This document shows positions 28,252 through 40,351 of a stretch of 64,000 nucleotides of DNA, piece after piece (within the stretch, counting starts at the first letter, position 1; every line of letters begins with the position of its first letter). The notes under the pieces were generated by a model, which was given only the letters and a program-made list of their open reading frames with translations, had not been told where the DNA came from and searched no databases. Source of the stretch: Eledone cirrhosa (taxonomy: Eukaryota); assembly GCA_964016885.1 (NCBI GenBank), contig OZ024741.1, forward strand, positions 170,190,001 to 170,254,000, given 5' to 3'. The position numbers and the translations under genes are program-made.

Positions 28252-28430
28252 CTGCGGTCGCCATCCTTTCTGACCTCACCGACCACTAAATTCATAATTT
28301 TAAGTCCCGCGGACCAATAATATGAATTTTCTTAAAAAAAAAGATAAATACATTTAAATTTTTCTATGGACTACCAAAACTTTTTTCTCGGACCACCAGT
28401 GGTCCACGGACCACCGGTTGGCGACCGCTG
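28252..28430. mobile_element. hAT (Charlie-like) MITE
   Basis: TIRs CTGCGGTCGCCATCC / GGTTGGCGACCGCTG, subterminal GGACCAC motifs, and imperfect 8-bp flanks ATCTAGGC / ATTTAGAT resembling the NTCTAGAN target. Confidence 0.75.
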
Positions 28431-29111
28431 ATTTAGATGCTTCTTAGGAACTTAGGTGTTTCCATTGTTCTTATCATTGATTGATGTTCTTTGTGTCATT
28501 ATTGGTGGTCATGGAAGTATTGAAGATGGTGACCATGATAAGCAAAGAAACAAACTACAACAACAACAAAAACAATAAAAATAAAAACTGTAGCTTATGG
28601 AGAAAAGGCAAAATCGTGAAGCTTTTGACAATCGATTCCTTTTAATAACATCTCAAATATAAAGACGAAAAGGCCATAACACCTGATGTGTTATACATAT
28701 ATTTTTATTTAATATTTTACTTCGTTGTCTGTATTTTGTATGTTCTTTTTATTATTCTACCAACAAACACCACCTTCCCTACACCATACCATGTATTCCA
28801 CATACACCATACTCAATTCTCTTATTACCGTTTCTTCACACCCATGAGAAATATACGAGTATTATTTTAACCTTCAGAAATTTTATTCTTGTAGTATGTA
28901 GCATTAGACTGTTCAGCATCCCCGACCCATCTCTCATGTCGACCTTTCGAACGATATTTCGATGTTGAATCTACAGAAAAGTTAAACTAATAACTTCAGC
29001 CACGCTACTGAAACTGCTGATCGGAAACGTTTATCCATTATTTTATTATTTTACCGGTTTTCATGATTGCGCCCATGAATGAGCATCACCAGTACATATT
29101 AATTCAAGTTT

Positions 29112-29291
29112 GGTGGATTGGCAGTATCGGTAGAGGGTCGGACGCCATGCTTTCCAGCATAGTTACATCCCTTTACGGTCTGAGTTCAAATCCCGCCGAG
29201 GTTAAATTTACCTTTCATCGGGGTCGATAAAATAAAGTACCAGTAATGTATTGGTTAATTGCTGGTCTTGTGCCAAAAGTAGAAACAATTA
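29112..29291 (+). mobile_element. tRNA-derived SINE
   Basis: A box, B box, core and tail as in 6663-6851. Confidence 0.9.
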
Positions 29292-29409
29292 TTTCAAGTC
29301 TGGTACTCATTTTATTTGTCTTCCTTTGTCTAACTGCTACGCTACATGACACAAACACATACACAAGCACATACGTGAATATACATATACATAAACACAT
29401 ACGCCATCC

Positions 29410-29441
<32 letters not shown>

Positions 29442-30641
29442 CTAGTATTAAAGCCCGGCGTTGCTCGGGGTCATTAAGTTACCAAAGTTAGGTTGCACCA
29501 CCCATTTTATGGCAGCACTTTTTTGTCTGCCAAGCACTGGGTGAATGAATTGCAGACCTGGAAGCAGGAGCTGCGCCAGCAGTGCAATTGTAGTTTCGCC
29601 TATGGATATTATCTCTGTGCAAAAAAGTGTTGAAATTTATTGTTTCACAGTACTTGCGCAACACGTGCGTAGACGATGCCAGCCGAACAACAGAGCTGCG
29701 ATGGAGTTGTTCTGCATGGTTGTCTGTGTGTTTTCTAAATTTAAGACAGTAGGGAGGGTTGTGATATGAGGGAGAGTTAGCTGCTGTTTCTAGCAGGTTT
29801 AGTGACCTCATAGAAGATATGTTTTCTAAATTTAAGACAGTAGGGATGGCTGTGATATGGGGGAGAGTTAGCTGCTGTTTCTAGCAGGTTAAGTAACCTC
29901 ATAGAGGATATGTGTTTTCTAAATTTAGGACAGTAGGGAGTGGTGTGATATGGGGGAGAGTTAGCTGCTGTTTCTAGCAGGTTTAGTGACCTCATAGAAG
30001 ATATGTTTTCTAAATTTAAGACAGTAGGGAGGGGTGTGGTATGGGGGAGAGTTAGCTGCTGTTTCTAGCAGGTTTAGTGACCTCATAGAGGATATTATTG
30101 TTTATCATTATCTATAAAAGGCAGATTGTTGTTGTTGTTGTTAAAGTGAGTGTGTGTTTGTATGCGTTTGGAAAAGAGGTTTTAAAAAAGATTTATCGCT
30201 TGTTGTTGAATAAATGTATCTGTTGCTTTTGAATAATTGTCGTTTCGTATGAAATGTAATAATTTGAAGTATAAAAGAGAAAGTAGCAAAATGTGTGGGT
30301 TGTAGATAGACGAGAGCAGATGATATGACAGAGTAAAACGGACAGTATCACCATCAAGCTTGGAAAGAGAAAGTAGCAGAAAGAGAAAGTAGCAGAAAGT
30401 ATGAAGTTGTATAGATTTTGAATGGTAGTGGAAAGAGTTTAAATGACAGAGAAAAATCGTAAAATATTGAGTTTTATCTATTTTTTGCGTAATTGTGGGT
30501 GAAATTGAAAAAATGAGATGTGCCAAGACGCAATCGAAACTATTTCGAATACTGAATTGTAAATTTCAATTGAAGAAATTCTATATCGTAGATTTCTATA
30601 AGAAAGGAGCATGACCACACACTGAGCTTTATAGATTATGA
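29442..30641 (-). mobile_element. Non-autonomous Helitron
   Basis: The minus strand starts A|TCATAATCTATAAA and ends with the hairpin CCCGAGCAACGCCGGG, 8 nt and CTAG|T. It is inserted between A and T in a TA tract with no TSD. Confidence 0.7.
29730..30095 (+). repeat. Minisatellite, four copies of a 91-93-bp unit
   Basis: GTTTTCTAAATTTAAGACAGTAGGGA..GGGAGAGTTAGCTGCTGTTTCTAGCAGGTTTAGTGACCTCATAGA.GATAT at about 29730, 29821, 29914 and 30005. Confidence 0.95.
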
Positions 30642-32305
30642 TATATATACCCCCCCCCCCACACACACGCACACACACACACATACAAATATATATATAT
30701 ATATATGAGAATTTCGTATATCTAAATATATACGGAGTGTTTAATAGATATATTTCTTCATTTGCCACAACAACATTTTGAATGCCCAGCTATGAGTAGA
30801 AGGCCAGCGCCATCTAGCGGATTCCAGCAGAAGCAGCGGAGGATAATTGCCTACGCATTTCGAGCTCTGGCTTCCCTTTGCTTACTGCTGCAATTTGAGA
30901 CAGGAAAAAATATACTTTTTTCGCCTGAATAATCGGGCTGATTAGCTGGAATTCACTAGACGGCGGTGGGCTTTCAAAATATGTATTTATTAAGGTGGTA
31001 TCGAGCAAAAGTAGAGAGGAGAAGGATAACAATCTCTCGACTGGAAAGTTCTGAGAATCCAGGAACACATTATGCGGGCCACATCCACTTTGCTGTTTAT
31101 ATGAGCGGCACAGCTTATGTTGTTATCAACAATTACTCCCATATATATAATATATATAACAGGATGTTACCAGTTTTAAACTAGTAATAGTCAGTCAATG
31201 CTTAGGAAAGTAGAGTATAAATATATTGCAGAGTAATATATTTACATACTATGTTAAGGTATCATAACATATATAATATGTATATTATTATGTTTCTCAA
31301 TAGAAAAAAAAAAATCAATGGACGTTGGCCCAAAGCATCAATAATTCAAAGTAAAAGATATATGTATGAAGAAAAAGAGAGAAAGATCCATATATCGTTT
31401 GAAAAACACGTAGTATTTTGTACACATAGTACACGTAGTATTTTGTATACACTAGCCCTCAGATATCGATAGATATAAAGGTGTTTTGTAGTATATCGCG
31501 ATATATCCTTAGATTATTAGTTTCGCGTCTTCTGTAGCTTTATCAAAAATCGACTGTTGGTAATCGATGATTGATTATTTAAATCGACGTTTGCTTCTGT
31601 TTGTAAACTATGGAACGCTACCATTAGGAAGATAAACGACTTCAATCTTAAAGTATGTACGCTTTCCTAAATATTATGTGCTTTCTATATGTGTACAAAA
31701 TACCATGCTTTTCTCAAAATATATGTGGCAATTTCCCTCTAAATATATATGTATATAACGAAGGAGGTGTGGTAAGGAACCAGTTGGAGCATAACGCACC
31801 AGAGTACTCAATACTAGGGTAGTAGAGTGGGTAATAGGAAAATGTTCAAGCCGTTTCGACGGCTATTTCTACTATTTCCGTAGTAGAGCACTTTCCGACC
31901 CTACCACGCCATAGCCCGACTTTTCCACTCAGCTCCAGCTTTTTCATATTACCCAACCAACCAACCAACCAGAAATTTATAAGTTTGTAGATTTGTAAAT
32001 TTATAAATTTATAAATATATAATAAATTGAAGTGAAAGCAACTGGTGCGTGTGTTTCTTATTGGCAACATGACCCTCCCAAAGTATAACAATATATATAT
32101 ATATATTGGAATAAATGCTCTGAAATAGCGATATATATGTGAATATAGACATAGAATATTCGAAAATATATCGCTATTTCAGAGCATTTATTCCAATTTC
32201 TAATTTCTGCCGGACCGGCAACCGCTCTTTCAAACCAGTTCCTGTACACAGCTAAGTATTCTATAAGTCTCTAGCTGTGTCATTCTCGATAAAAGCACTG
32301 GATAT

Positions 32306-32348
32306 GTAGTCCTGAAGATTTCTAACAAGAATGAAACGCGTAGATTAC
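32306..32348 (+). ncRNA. Minimal type I hammerhead ribozyme
   Basis: GTAGTC-CTGAAGA-TTTC(TAACAA)GAAT-GAAA-CGCG-TA-GATTAC. Confidence 0.8.
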
Positions 32349-32494
32349 TTCCCTTGCTTTTATCGAGAATCTAGTTGTAATACGTGACGTATTCTATTCT
32401 ATAGCGATTAGGTCTTCAAAATGTTTATTATAAACATACAGAATATTTTCGAATATTCTATGTCTATATTCATATATATATATATATATATATA

Positions 32495-32900
32495 ATTCGT
32501 TTTTTAATTCGTTTTGCGAGATTTCTTATCTGAAAATGTGTGTTGAAACAGATAGTTATAATTTGGGAGGGTCATGCTGCTAATAAAAACACACGCACCT
32601 GTTGGGTTTTCACTTCAATTTGAAGTTTCCGGTTGGTTGGTTGGTTCAATAACCGGAAGGTTTTTTATATATTGCCAAAGCTCTTTAATCACACCTTCTG
32701 TGACCTCCTCGGGAAAGGAGAGACAAAATAAAAACCCAGTCACTGAGGAGATCATAGAAGGTGTGACGAAAGACCTTTGACAATATATAAATAACCTTCC
32801 GGTTATCGAACAAACCAACCAACCAACCATAATTGAAGTGAAAACCAACGACAGGTGCGTGTGTTTTATTTACAGCATGACCCTCCCAAATTATAACAAT
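32495..32900. mobile_element. Family D fold-back pLTR pair, hammerhead at 32739-32781
   Basis: 32555-32710 mirrors 32743-32897 (terminus CATGACCCTCCCAAATTATAAC). GTCA-CTGAGGA..GTGAC-GAAA-GACC-TT-TGAC. Confidence 0.8.
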
Positions 32901-33856
32901 ATATATATATATATAACTTGCCTCGAGTGAATTATTTTTATATCTACGTACTCTGATGTGTTGATCAGATGTAAATAATTTATTGGAGTTCGATTGACGC
33001 AATTTCAAGCGATTGGCGACATCTAGAGTCACCTGATCAATGAAACAATTGTCAGTACTTGAAATATAGCCCTTTATTGTACAGCCAACCATGTTACTCT
33101 TCATTCTTTCACTATATATATATATATATATATTTTTTTTTTTCAAATTAAAATATAACTTTAAAGAGAGAGAGAATGTGTCATATCGTTTGAGAAAAAC
33201 AGTATTTTGTACACATATAAAAAGCACATAATATTTAGGAAAGCGTACATACTTTAAGATGGATATCCATTATCTTCTCTGTGGCAGATATATGTAAACA
33301 GCTCTTCTGTTCATTCATGGAATAAGAATTTCCAATATAAACTGTTAGGGTTATTGTCCTCGAATTGCTTTTTTCTCGATCACACGCAACATGTCTCTCT
33401 GATTAGTTTATATCTCCGAACAGATAAACATCAGTCGAATGAATTATATGTATGACCCATGGTGTGACTAGAACTCCAATTAAGATATGATCAATACGAG
33501 AAATCGCTTATAATCCAACCAAATGTTGTGTAATATGTCTATGAAAGAAATATACTACGCCGTCAGCGGGTTTCGGATTCTCTTACAACTTGTTGGAAAT
33601 ATAACGTTACAGAGTTAGATATATTTCTTTATTAGTTACAAGGGCGCACAAGAAAAGGGGACAATAAAAAGACATGCCGGGGATTTTACATACAGTCGTG
33701 TAAAAAATATAAAAACAAACAATTACAACAATGAAATCCCCAATAGGGGAGAAGCACCACAAATGGGTTGTTTAATACCCCGTCGATAGAACAACCCTCA
33801 ACTCCAGGAGCGTGTTGTGCAAGTGCTCCTTTCTTCCTTTTGCTCTCTTCTTCAAC

Positions 33857-36800
33857 CTACAGGCTTATAAACAGAGAAGGCCCAATCACTCGGACCATTT
33901 TCGCTTCATTCACCCACCTTTCAGTAAATTTACTGGGGTGCAGTGCCTCTCTCTCCACTCTGATTCTCCTTCTAAAGTGGTACTTAAAGAAGGGAATCAA
34001 TTGTTGTCCGGAGAGAAAGCCATCTGTCCTCAGTCCTCTCAATCTCGTCCACAATATAACTTCTTTCACCATAGCCACTGTACAGAGGAAAACCGCCTCT
34101 CTTTCGTTTTTGAAAGAGGCTGGCGGTTTGATCCTTACTATGGACTCGGCGGTCAACTGGATGTGTCCCATACGCGACAGCAGTTGTTCTGCATAGTTCC
34201 ACAGGTTGGTTACACCCGGGCAGTGTACAATTGCGTGCAGGACTGTTTCAATGTCCTGTGTGCATCTTGGACACGTCCTCTTGGAAGGATCCCTGCCGGG
34301 GCCTTCGTGCCTGTAGATCTTGTCCGAAATGGTGGAGCTCCTCGGTAGCACTGCCCGGCCAGGGACCTCTTGAAGTTGTCCATAGGTCCCGGGCGGAAAG
34401 TGCTACCAAACAGACTGGTGAGCTCAACATCTTCGATGCCAGAGTCTCTCCGAGCACGTCGTCGCCCTTGTAACGTACAAGACCTCTATGGAATCTCCAC
34501 TGATTGCTGAGACCGCTTGCCAGAGGACTGTGAGCGCCTGAGCGCATTCAATGTGCCAGGCGCCCATCGTTTTCGGTCTTTTCTTCACCCAGGACTGCAG
34601 CTCCGTCAGCGAGACGAGCTGTGGGAAAGCCTGTCTCACAAACGGTGCCCACACCGGTGGGAGGTCGGTGAGGAATACCTGGAGATGCCGCAGCCTCAGC
34701 GCATGTTTGCGCATCATCAGCCACGGCATTCCCAGACCTCCGTTGGAAGGGTGCTGACAGCAGACGGATCTTCTCACCAGCGGAGCCTGCTTCTTCCACA
34801 GAAACTGGAAGAGCATGCGTTCCATCTTGGCGAGGTGTTCACGGGGATACGGCACGAGAGTCAAGCGGTAGTAGATGACGGACGCTATGAAAGTGTTCGC
34901 CACCTCCGCTCTACCTTTCAAGGACAGTTTGCCCACTTCTGTGTGAGCGCAAACAACTTGGCCGTGACCTCGTTCCAGTTTTTCTCGACCTGCAGGTCTG
35001 GACCGAACCAGAACCCGAGCAATTTCACCGGTCCGTCCGTCCAGCGTCCAACGACGCTGTCGGACGTCATCAGTTTGCCTCTCCACGTACCGAGTTGCAA
35101 CCCGACAAACTTGTCCGGGTTTAGTTTTGCTCCCGTATGCGTTTCGTATTCTTTCAGTAAGTTGCCAATCACCCCGAGTGCTCTACACCATTACCGTAAC
35201 GTCGTCGGCATAAGCCGACGCTGCTTTGTGCAGGCCTGGTTCTAGAGAGATGCCTTGCAACAGCTCCAATTTCTGCAGTAGAGTCAATACATACAGAATT
35301 GAGGAGAGAGGGTACCCCTGTCGAATGGAACGCGTGATTGCGAACGGCTTCGTTCCGTAGCCGTTCACCTTCACCCTCGAGCAGATGCTGGTGTGCATCG
35401 CCTCGATCCATACCTCTGAAAACGGGGCCGAAACCGGCCGCCTTGAGAACCGCTTCCAAGTATCGATGGTCGACCCTATCGAATGCCTTAGACTGATACA
35501 AATTGATCAGAGCCCCACCGAAGCCGGGTTTACTACCCATCCTCTCTATAATGTATCGTGGAGGTTGTCGTGTATGGACCTGGTCGGGATTGCACACGTT
35601 TGCGCTTTCCCTACCAGGTTCTCGGCGCTAGAAACTTGGCCAAAATCTTTAACTCTGTGTTGAGCAGAGTTATGGGCCTGAAGTTGTTAATTTCGTCCCC
35701 TTTGTTCTCGTCTTTGCTGGTCAACGTTACTACGCCCTTGCCTGCAGAACTCGGAATTCTCCCGTTCTGCTGCCAATTACAGTAAACGGCTTCGAGGCCA
35801 CCACAGAATGCCTATGTAAAACTCATAGGGTAGACCATCTAGACCGGGTGACTTGCGTTTCCCGCAGCGGTCCAGAGCGTCCCGTATATCAGTGTCCGTG
35901 ATCGGTCTTTTGCAGAACTCGGCGTCCGTGCTTGAGAGACGCGGCAGGCCGTCGATGTATGAACTAAAGTTCATTGCCCCGTTCGGCTCACCGTCGTTCT
36001 GCTCAACCAGTCGCGCAAAGTGCTGCTGAAAGGCCGCGCACATTTGCTTGGGGCCAAGTAGCACGCGTCCGTTTTGGTATTTCAAAGACCGAATCGTGGA
36101 CTTGTTGCCACTTTTTGCCTCCGCCACTCGGGCCCAGCTGACAGCTTTCGCTCCTTCGTTTCCCAGAGCACGTGTTTTGCTTCTGACCAGGCAGCCTTCG
36201 TGTTTCGCATCGAAGAACTGGTCCAGTGCCGTTCTCGACGCTAACACTCAAGCTGCGTGCCACTTCTAAGTGCCTCCTCTACCTTGGCTACTAGTTCTCT
36301 TTCTATTTTGTTTTTCTCTTAGGCTAAATCTCTGCTAAACCCTATCTATTCTATTCTAATTGCTTTCTTGAGAGAGTACCTCCATTTATTGTTTACGATG
36401 GCTCCCGTTAACTGTTGCTTGACTAGTCTACTTATCCGTTCACTGTAAGCTTTACGTACCAGCAACGACACGTTCAGCTTCGAGTACCCGGGTCCTTGTC
36501 TATGTGTTGTATCACGGTTGACTAAGCAGACGACTAATTTGTGATCTGATTAGGCAACCATGTGCATTCGTGGACAGCTTAACATCTCCTTGTCCCTTTC
36601 TCTAATGAAGAACCTATCTAAATACGATCTAGATGTCCCGCTGCGGTTTGGCCACGTCCACTGTGGTGCAGTCGGGAAATCCAGTCGATACCTATCGGCC
36701 AGTTGTAATTAGCCGATTAAAGTTTTGAGGCTGTTGCACCCCCCCTCTACTGGGACATGCTCCCACATAGTCCTATCGTGCATCTAGGATACCATTCCAG

Positions 36801-37228
36801 TCCCCCACTAAAAGTAAGGAGCGAGACGTTCCCACAAATGACTCTAGACGCTTAAAGAAGTCTGGCCGTGATTGCGATTGCCCGGTCGGGGCATAAACGG
36901 CCACCAGTCTGAAAGCTCCACCTCCAATACTGTTCATGTCTAGGACTATCAGTCTACCCTTCGGGTCCAAGCGTACTTGCTCTTCTTCGACTTCCAGGTT
37001 CTTCCAAAACATGACAACCACTCCCTCTCCACCTCCTGGCTGACAGAGAGATGCGTCGATCTCAAAGTCGTCGAAGATGGGGGTTAGTTGCTGCCTTTTG
37101 TGGATCCTGGACTCGGTAAGGGTTATCACATCCATACCGTGTGACCTAAGGTCGTTTAAAAGTTGACCCTGTTTTCAGGGCATCCCTAGGCCACGCACAT
37201 TCACGCTTCCAACTCGTAAACTAGCCAT
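33857..37228 (-). pseudogene. LINE ORF2 (apurinic-like endonuclease, reverse transcriptase, zf-RVT-type motif) with several frameshifts and stops
   Basis: MASLRVGSVNVRGL, ITLTESR, VAVYAP, LLVGDWNGILD, KSPGLDGLPYEFY, QSKAFDRVDH, RSIRQGYPLS, AYADDVT, LSLKGRAEVANTFI, GGLGMP and CPRCTQDIETVLHAIVHC. Confidence 0.92.
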
Positions 37229-37269
37229 GTTGGTGAAGAAGTGTTGGTGAAAAAGGACGGAAGGTGCAC

Positions 37270-39055
37270 TTACCTTTTCGTTTCCTGGAGATCGGGTTGT
37301 TCAATCTCCATTTGGGTGCTGGATGGGGTGTCGGGTGGGGCGGGGAAACTTTTCAACAGGACGCGGTTGATGGGTTTCTGGCAGGGGTTGCCCACGACCT
37401 GTGAAAATTTATTTTTCAGGTCATTATAGGTTTCCATAGAAACCCTTATAAGTTTAAGCTGTGGAGACGATTCTGCCTTGACGAAGGTCTTGCCCTCCGT
37501 CTCCACCTTGGGGTTTTGGGAGATGCCCTCCATCAAACTCTTGTTGTTTGTGTTGATGTATGCGTATTGTTTGTATTTTTGTTGTGTTGTTTTAGTTTGT
37601 TGTTCATCCGGGAGTTTTTTTTTTATGGTGGGTGCTTGTGTTTGGGGTCGTGTTGGTGTTGGTTTTGCTGGTAGTGGGATGTTTGACTGTGGTGTTGTTT
37701 GTGTTGTTGTTGTGTCTGTGGTTGTGTGTTGGTGTTGGTGATTGGAGTTTTGTGGGTTTTGTGGTGTCTCTTTTTTTTATTCTTAGATTTCCGCGGTTCT
37801 CCCTCTTCTTCACTTAAAGAAAGAGAAGCAACTTCATACGTGGATGAATAATCATCGTCAAGAGTGTTGGGTAGGGGTAAGTTGTGTGGTGATGGTGTTT
37901 AGGTGTGTGTGTTTGTGTTAGTGTTTGATGGAGTGGGATGGGATGGGGCTGTGTTCTTCAGGGGTGTTGTCTCTGTTTTTTCTGTTGTTGTTGGTTGAGT
38001 GTCTGTTTGTTTCGGTGTGGTTGCTCGTTACGTCTGTCGTTGTACTTGTGGTGGTGGTGGTTATTTTGGTGTTGGTGTTGGTAATAGCGTTTTTTTTAAT
38101 GATGTTGTTTTGTGAATGACAGGAGGCTTTTAGGTGTGCTGTGCTACCACAGCGAAAGCAATGAAATTTTCGTCCTTCTGTCGAAATATTTAATTTGTTG
38201 TCGTCGTCGATGACGATTCTTTCGGGTATTTTGGAGATTCTCTCCGGCCTGATTTGCAACAGAATCTCCAAATCAGTACCCGCCCACCTTTGTCGAACAG
38301 AATTTCGTATCGAAAGAATCATATCAGTTGCTGGCTCTACGAAGCCAGCCAAGATCCACCAGATGTTAATGTTTGGCGGTATGTTTTTTATTTTTATTTT
38401 TTGTATCCTTTTTCCCATGTATGTAGGGGAAAAGGTGCATGATTTTGGCACTATTTGTGTCACAGAATGTTTTGGGGCAAGTGCCTCACTTTTAAAGCGT
38501 ACGGAAACACTTCCGTACTGTTTTCGTCGTTGGAGAAAGTCGATATTTTCTCGAATTTCCTTGAAAGTAGCTTCTATATCTGTTTGACTAACAAATATCG
38601 GCTTTCTCGTGGTATTGGACACAGTCCTAACGGACGCTGTCCTTCGAATTGTGTCTTCTTTTATTTCAAGGGGTGAGTTAATTCCTTCTCTTCGAAAGTT
38701 ACAAATTTTCTCCCTTGCTGGAGCATATCTCTTGCATTGGAGATGTCAAGATTTATAAAATCTTGTTTTTTGTTCACTGTTTCAGCGAAAGACATTTTTT
38801 GTGTGGTGTTGCTGTTGTTGTTGTTATTGTTATCGTTGTTATCCTCGGTGTTGGAAATCTCAGTTCCTTGACGAGGTGAAACTTTATGTGTAGATGTATC
38901 TGTGGAGTTGTTGATGTTTACTTTTTCATGTGTATGTATCTTAATGTGTTTAATTCCTGAGTTTTCATTTCTCTCCGCTTCGACGGTAGAAATTGTACAA
39001 TCTTCAAGTGGCAATATTTTTTTCCCTCTGTTGACAGTCGTATCTATGGCGGCAT
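37270..39055 (-). pseudogene. LINE ORF1 (gag-like, CCHC zinc knuckle), frameshifted
   Basis: SFAETV motif, CFRCGSTAHLKASC in ORF 37918..38622 and a Thr/Asn-rich tail. It lies directly upstream of ORF2. Confidence 0.8.
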
Positions 39056-40160
39056 ACCATTGGGAGCGCCCCGGCTCCACCGCCTCGCCAATCAAGTTCC
39101 TCCAATCGCTATCAGAGGCAACCGGGATGGACGCTCCACTCGGCTGGTTAGGCGGCCGTTTCTCTAACGACCCTGCAGAACGGGTAGGGGACTGTTTACA
39201 GTATTTCTTTTTATTCCTTAGATCGCTCCTTTTCGAACTAATCTGTTTCACAGTCTTTCCGGGCAGGAAAGGAGCGATCCCAAGATTGACACGACGACAC
39301 CCCGCCCTAAGAAGCTCGTCCTCCTTCTCGAGAAGGACCGAGACCTCCTGCTCGGACCAACAACCACGGCCAACCCGGGTGCGGGGCTGCCCAGCTCTCT
39401 CACGAGAGGCTGCAGCAGCAGCACGAGAGGCACGCTTCTTTCCGATTTCCTCTGCGTGTTTCGCGATCCTGCGGCGATTGGCCACCACTGGATGGCGATG
39501 TCTCTCGTGCTGTGATCTTCCTGCGACCGTACGAAAAGTACGGTTGCACTCTCCGCACCTGTGGATCAAGTCCGAGACGGCGGGCATGTCGTCCCATCTC
39601 CTGCCCGTACATCGGCCCACGTGCACCCGGAGCGAATGCAGGTGGCAACTTTCCCTACCGCATTTGCTGCACCTAAAAACTGCCTTTCGCTCATGACAGC
39701 GCAGCAAATGCTCCGCCCAACCAGACGGGCCCGAGAAAGTACGCGAACAGCACGAACAAAACAAGACTACGCTCTTACACGGAATCTCGAGACAGTCCTT
39801 CCCCGCGACTGTTTGCCCAACCTCACAGACAGAGTCCATGGGGTCGCGCGCGAGCCACGACGGCAGTTGCTTGCCTCTCAAAACCAAAGCGTGGGTTGGG
39901 TACTCCAGAGTAAATTTATCGGGTGTATCCCTACGAACTAGTATAGTCGGTATTTGAAACCTCCGGTGGGTCAAATCCAGTGAGCCGGCGCTCTTACGAG
40001 GAACATAGCCCGGCTCTTTGCCAGTCCTCGGAGACAGTTGCCAATCGCAGCGGGCCATTACAGAACGCTGCGACAGGCCGGAGGGACCCATCCCATTCCC
40101 TCCGGCCACTGGTTTTTCGGCCCCCAGCTGCCGTATGGACTTCAAATTTTGTGTCATCAT
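38661..40160 (-). CDS. Chimeric ORF: R2 N-terminal DNA-binding region (three zinc fingers and Myb, about 370 aa) fused in frame to the first ~130 aa of the Tx1-like ORF1
   Basis: CSCCSRTFSGPSGWAEHLLRCH (CCHH), CSKCGRESCHLHSLRVHVGRC (CCHC), CGECNRTFRTVAGRSQHERHRH (CCHH) and Myb-like WSEQEVSVLL..IAPFLPGKTVKQISSKR. There is an abrupt GC-rich to AT-rich shift near 39055. Expression is unknown. Confidence 0.75.
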   Translation of the reverse strand: MMTQNLKSIRQLGAEKPVAGGNGMGPSGLSQRSVMARCDWQLSPRTGKEPGYVPRKSAGSLDLTHRRFQIPTILVRRDTPDKFTLEYPTHALVLRGKQLPSWLARDPMDSVCEVGQTVAGKDCLEIPCKSVVLFCSCCSRTFSGPSGWAEHLLRCHERKAVFRCSKCGRESCHLHSLRVHVGRCTGRRWDDMPAVSDLIHRCGECNRTFRTVAGRSQHERHRHPVVANRRRIAKHAEEIGKKRASRAAAAASRERAGQPRTRVGRGCWSEQEVSVLLEKEDELLRAGCRRVNLGIAPFLPGKTVKQISSKRSDLRNKKKYCKQSPTRSAGSLEKRPPNQPSGASIPVASDSDWRNLIGEAVEPGRSQWYAAIDTTVNRGKKILPLEDCTISTVEAERNENSGIKHIKIHTHEKVNINNSTDTSTHKVSPRQGTEISNTEDNNDNNNNNNSNTTQKMSFAETVNKKQDFINLDISNARDMLQQGRKFVTFEEKELTHPLK

Positions 40161-40351
40161 AATTTAGGCACCAATTAGTTCGTCATTAATGTGGCCGACC
40201 AACCGAGAATGGTAGAACCTGCCGAGTCAACACTGACCACCGCAAAAAAAAAAAAAAAAAAAAAAAAAGGGAAGCGGGACAGAGCTGCCTCTCTCGTACA
40301 GCTCAAAACCACTGACTTAAGCTCTCTTCCCACGCCAAGGGTGGTGCCGAC
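39056..40351 (-). mobile_element. 5' portion of an R2 retrotransposon (three-finger, R2-A-type) inserted at the canonical 28S site
   Basis: 28S ends ...GGGAGTAACTATGACTCTCTT at 40352, where the canonical continuation AAGG|TAGCCAAATG is the R2 target. A same-strand ZF-ZF-ZF-Myb ORF follows 190 nt later. Confidence 0.93.

Larger units (their letters stand above)
33622..39055 (-). mobile_element. Near full-length Tx1/L1-clade non-LTR retrotransposon, disrupted, lacking its own 5' UTR
   Basis: ORF1 with a CCHC knuckle, ORF2 with APE, RT and a C-terminal Cys-His motif, and a 3' UTR ending AATAAAGAAATA at about 33622-33633. The 5' boundary is estimated from a composition shift. Confidence 0.9.

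Noticed and set aside
29730-30095. Regular repeats as a CRISPR array
   Set aside because: The units are contiguous with no unique spacers, there are no cas genes and the context is eukaryotic. The same applies to the IGS subrepeats.
33000-33622. Remainder of R2 or 3' 28S after the Tx1 element (simple nested insertion)
   Set aside because: No R2 RT/RLE motifs and no TAGCCAAATGCCTCGTC are visible beyond the LINE 3' end.
33768-39941. Plus-strand ORFs such as 34517..35245 and 38902..39696
   Set aside because: They are antisense to LINE and R2 coding frames and have no independent motifs.
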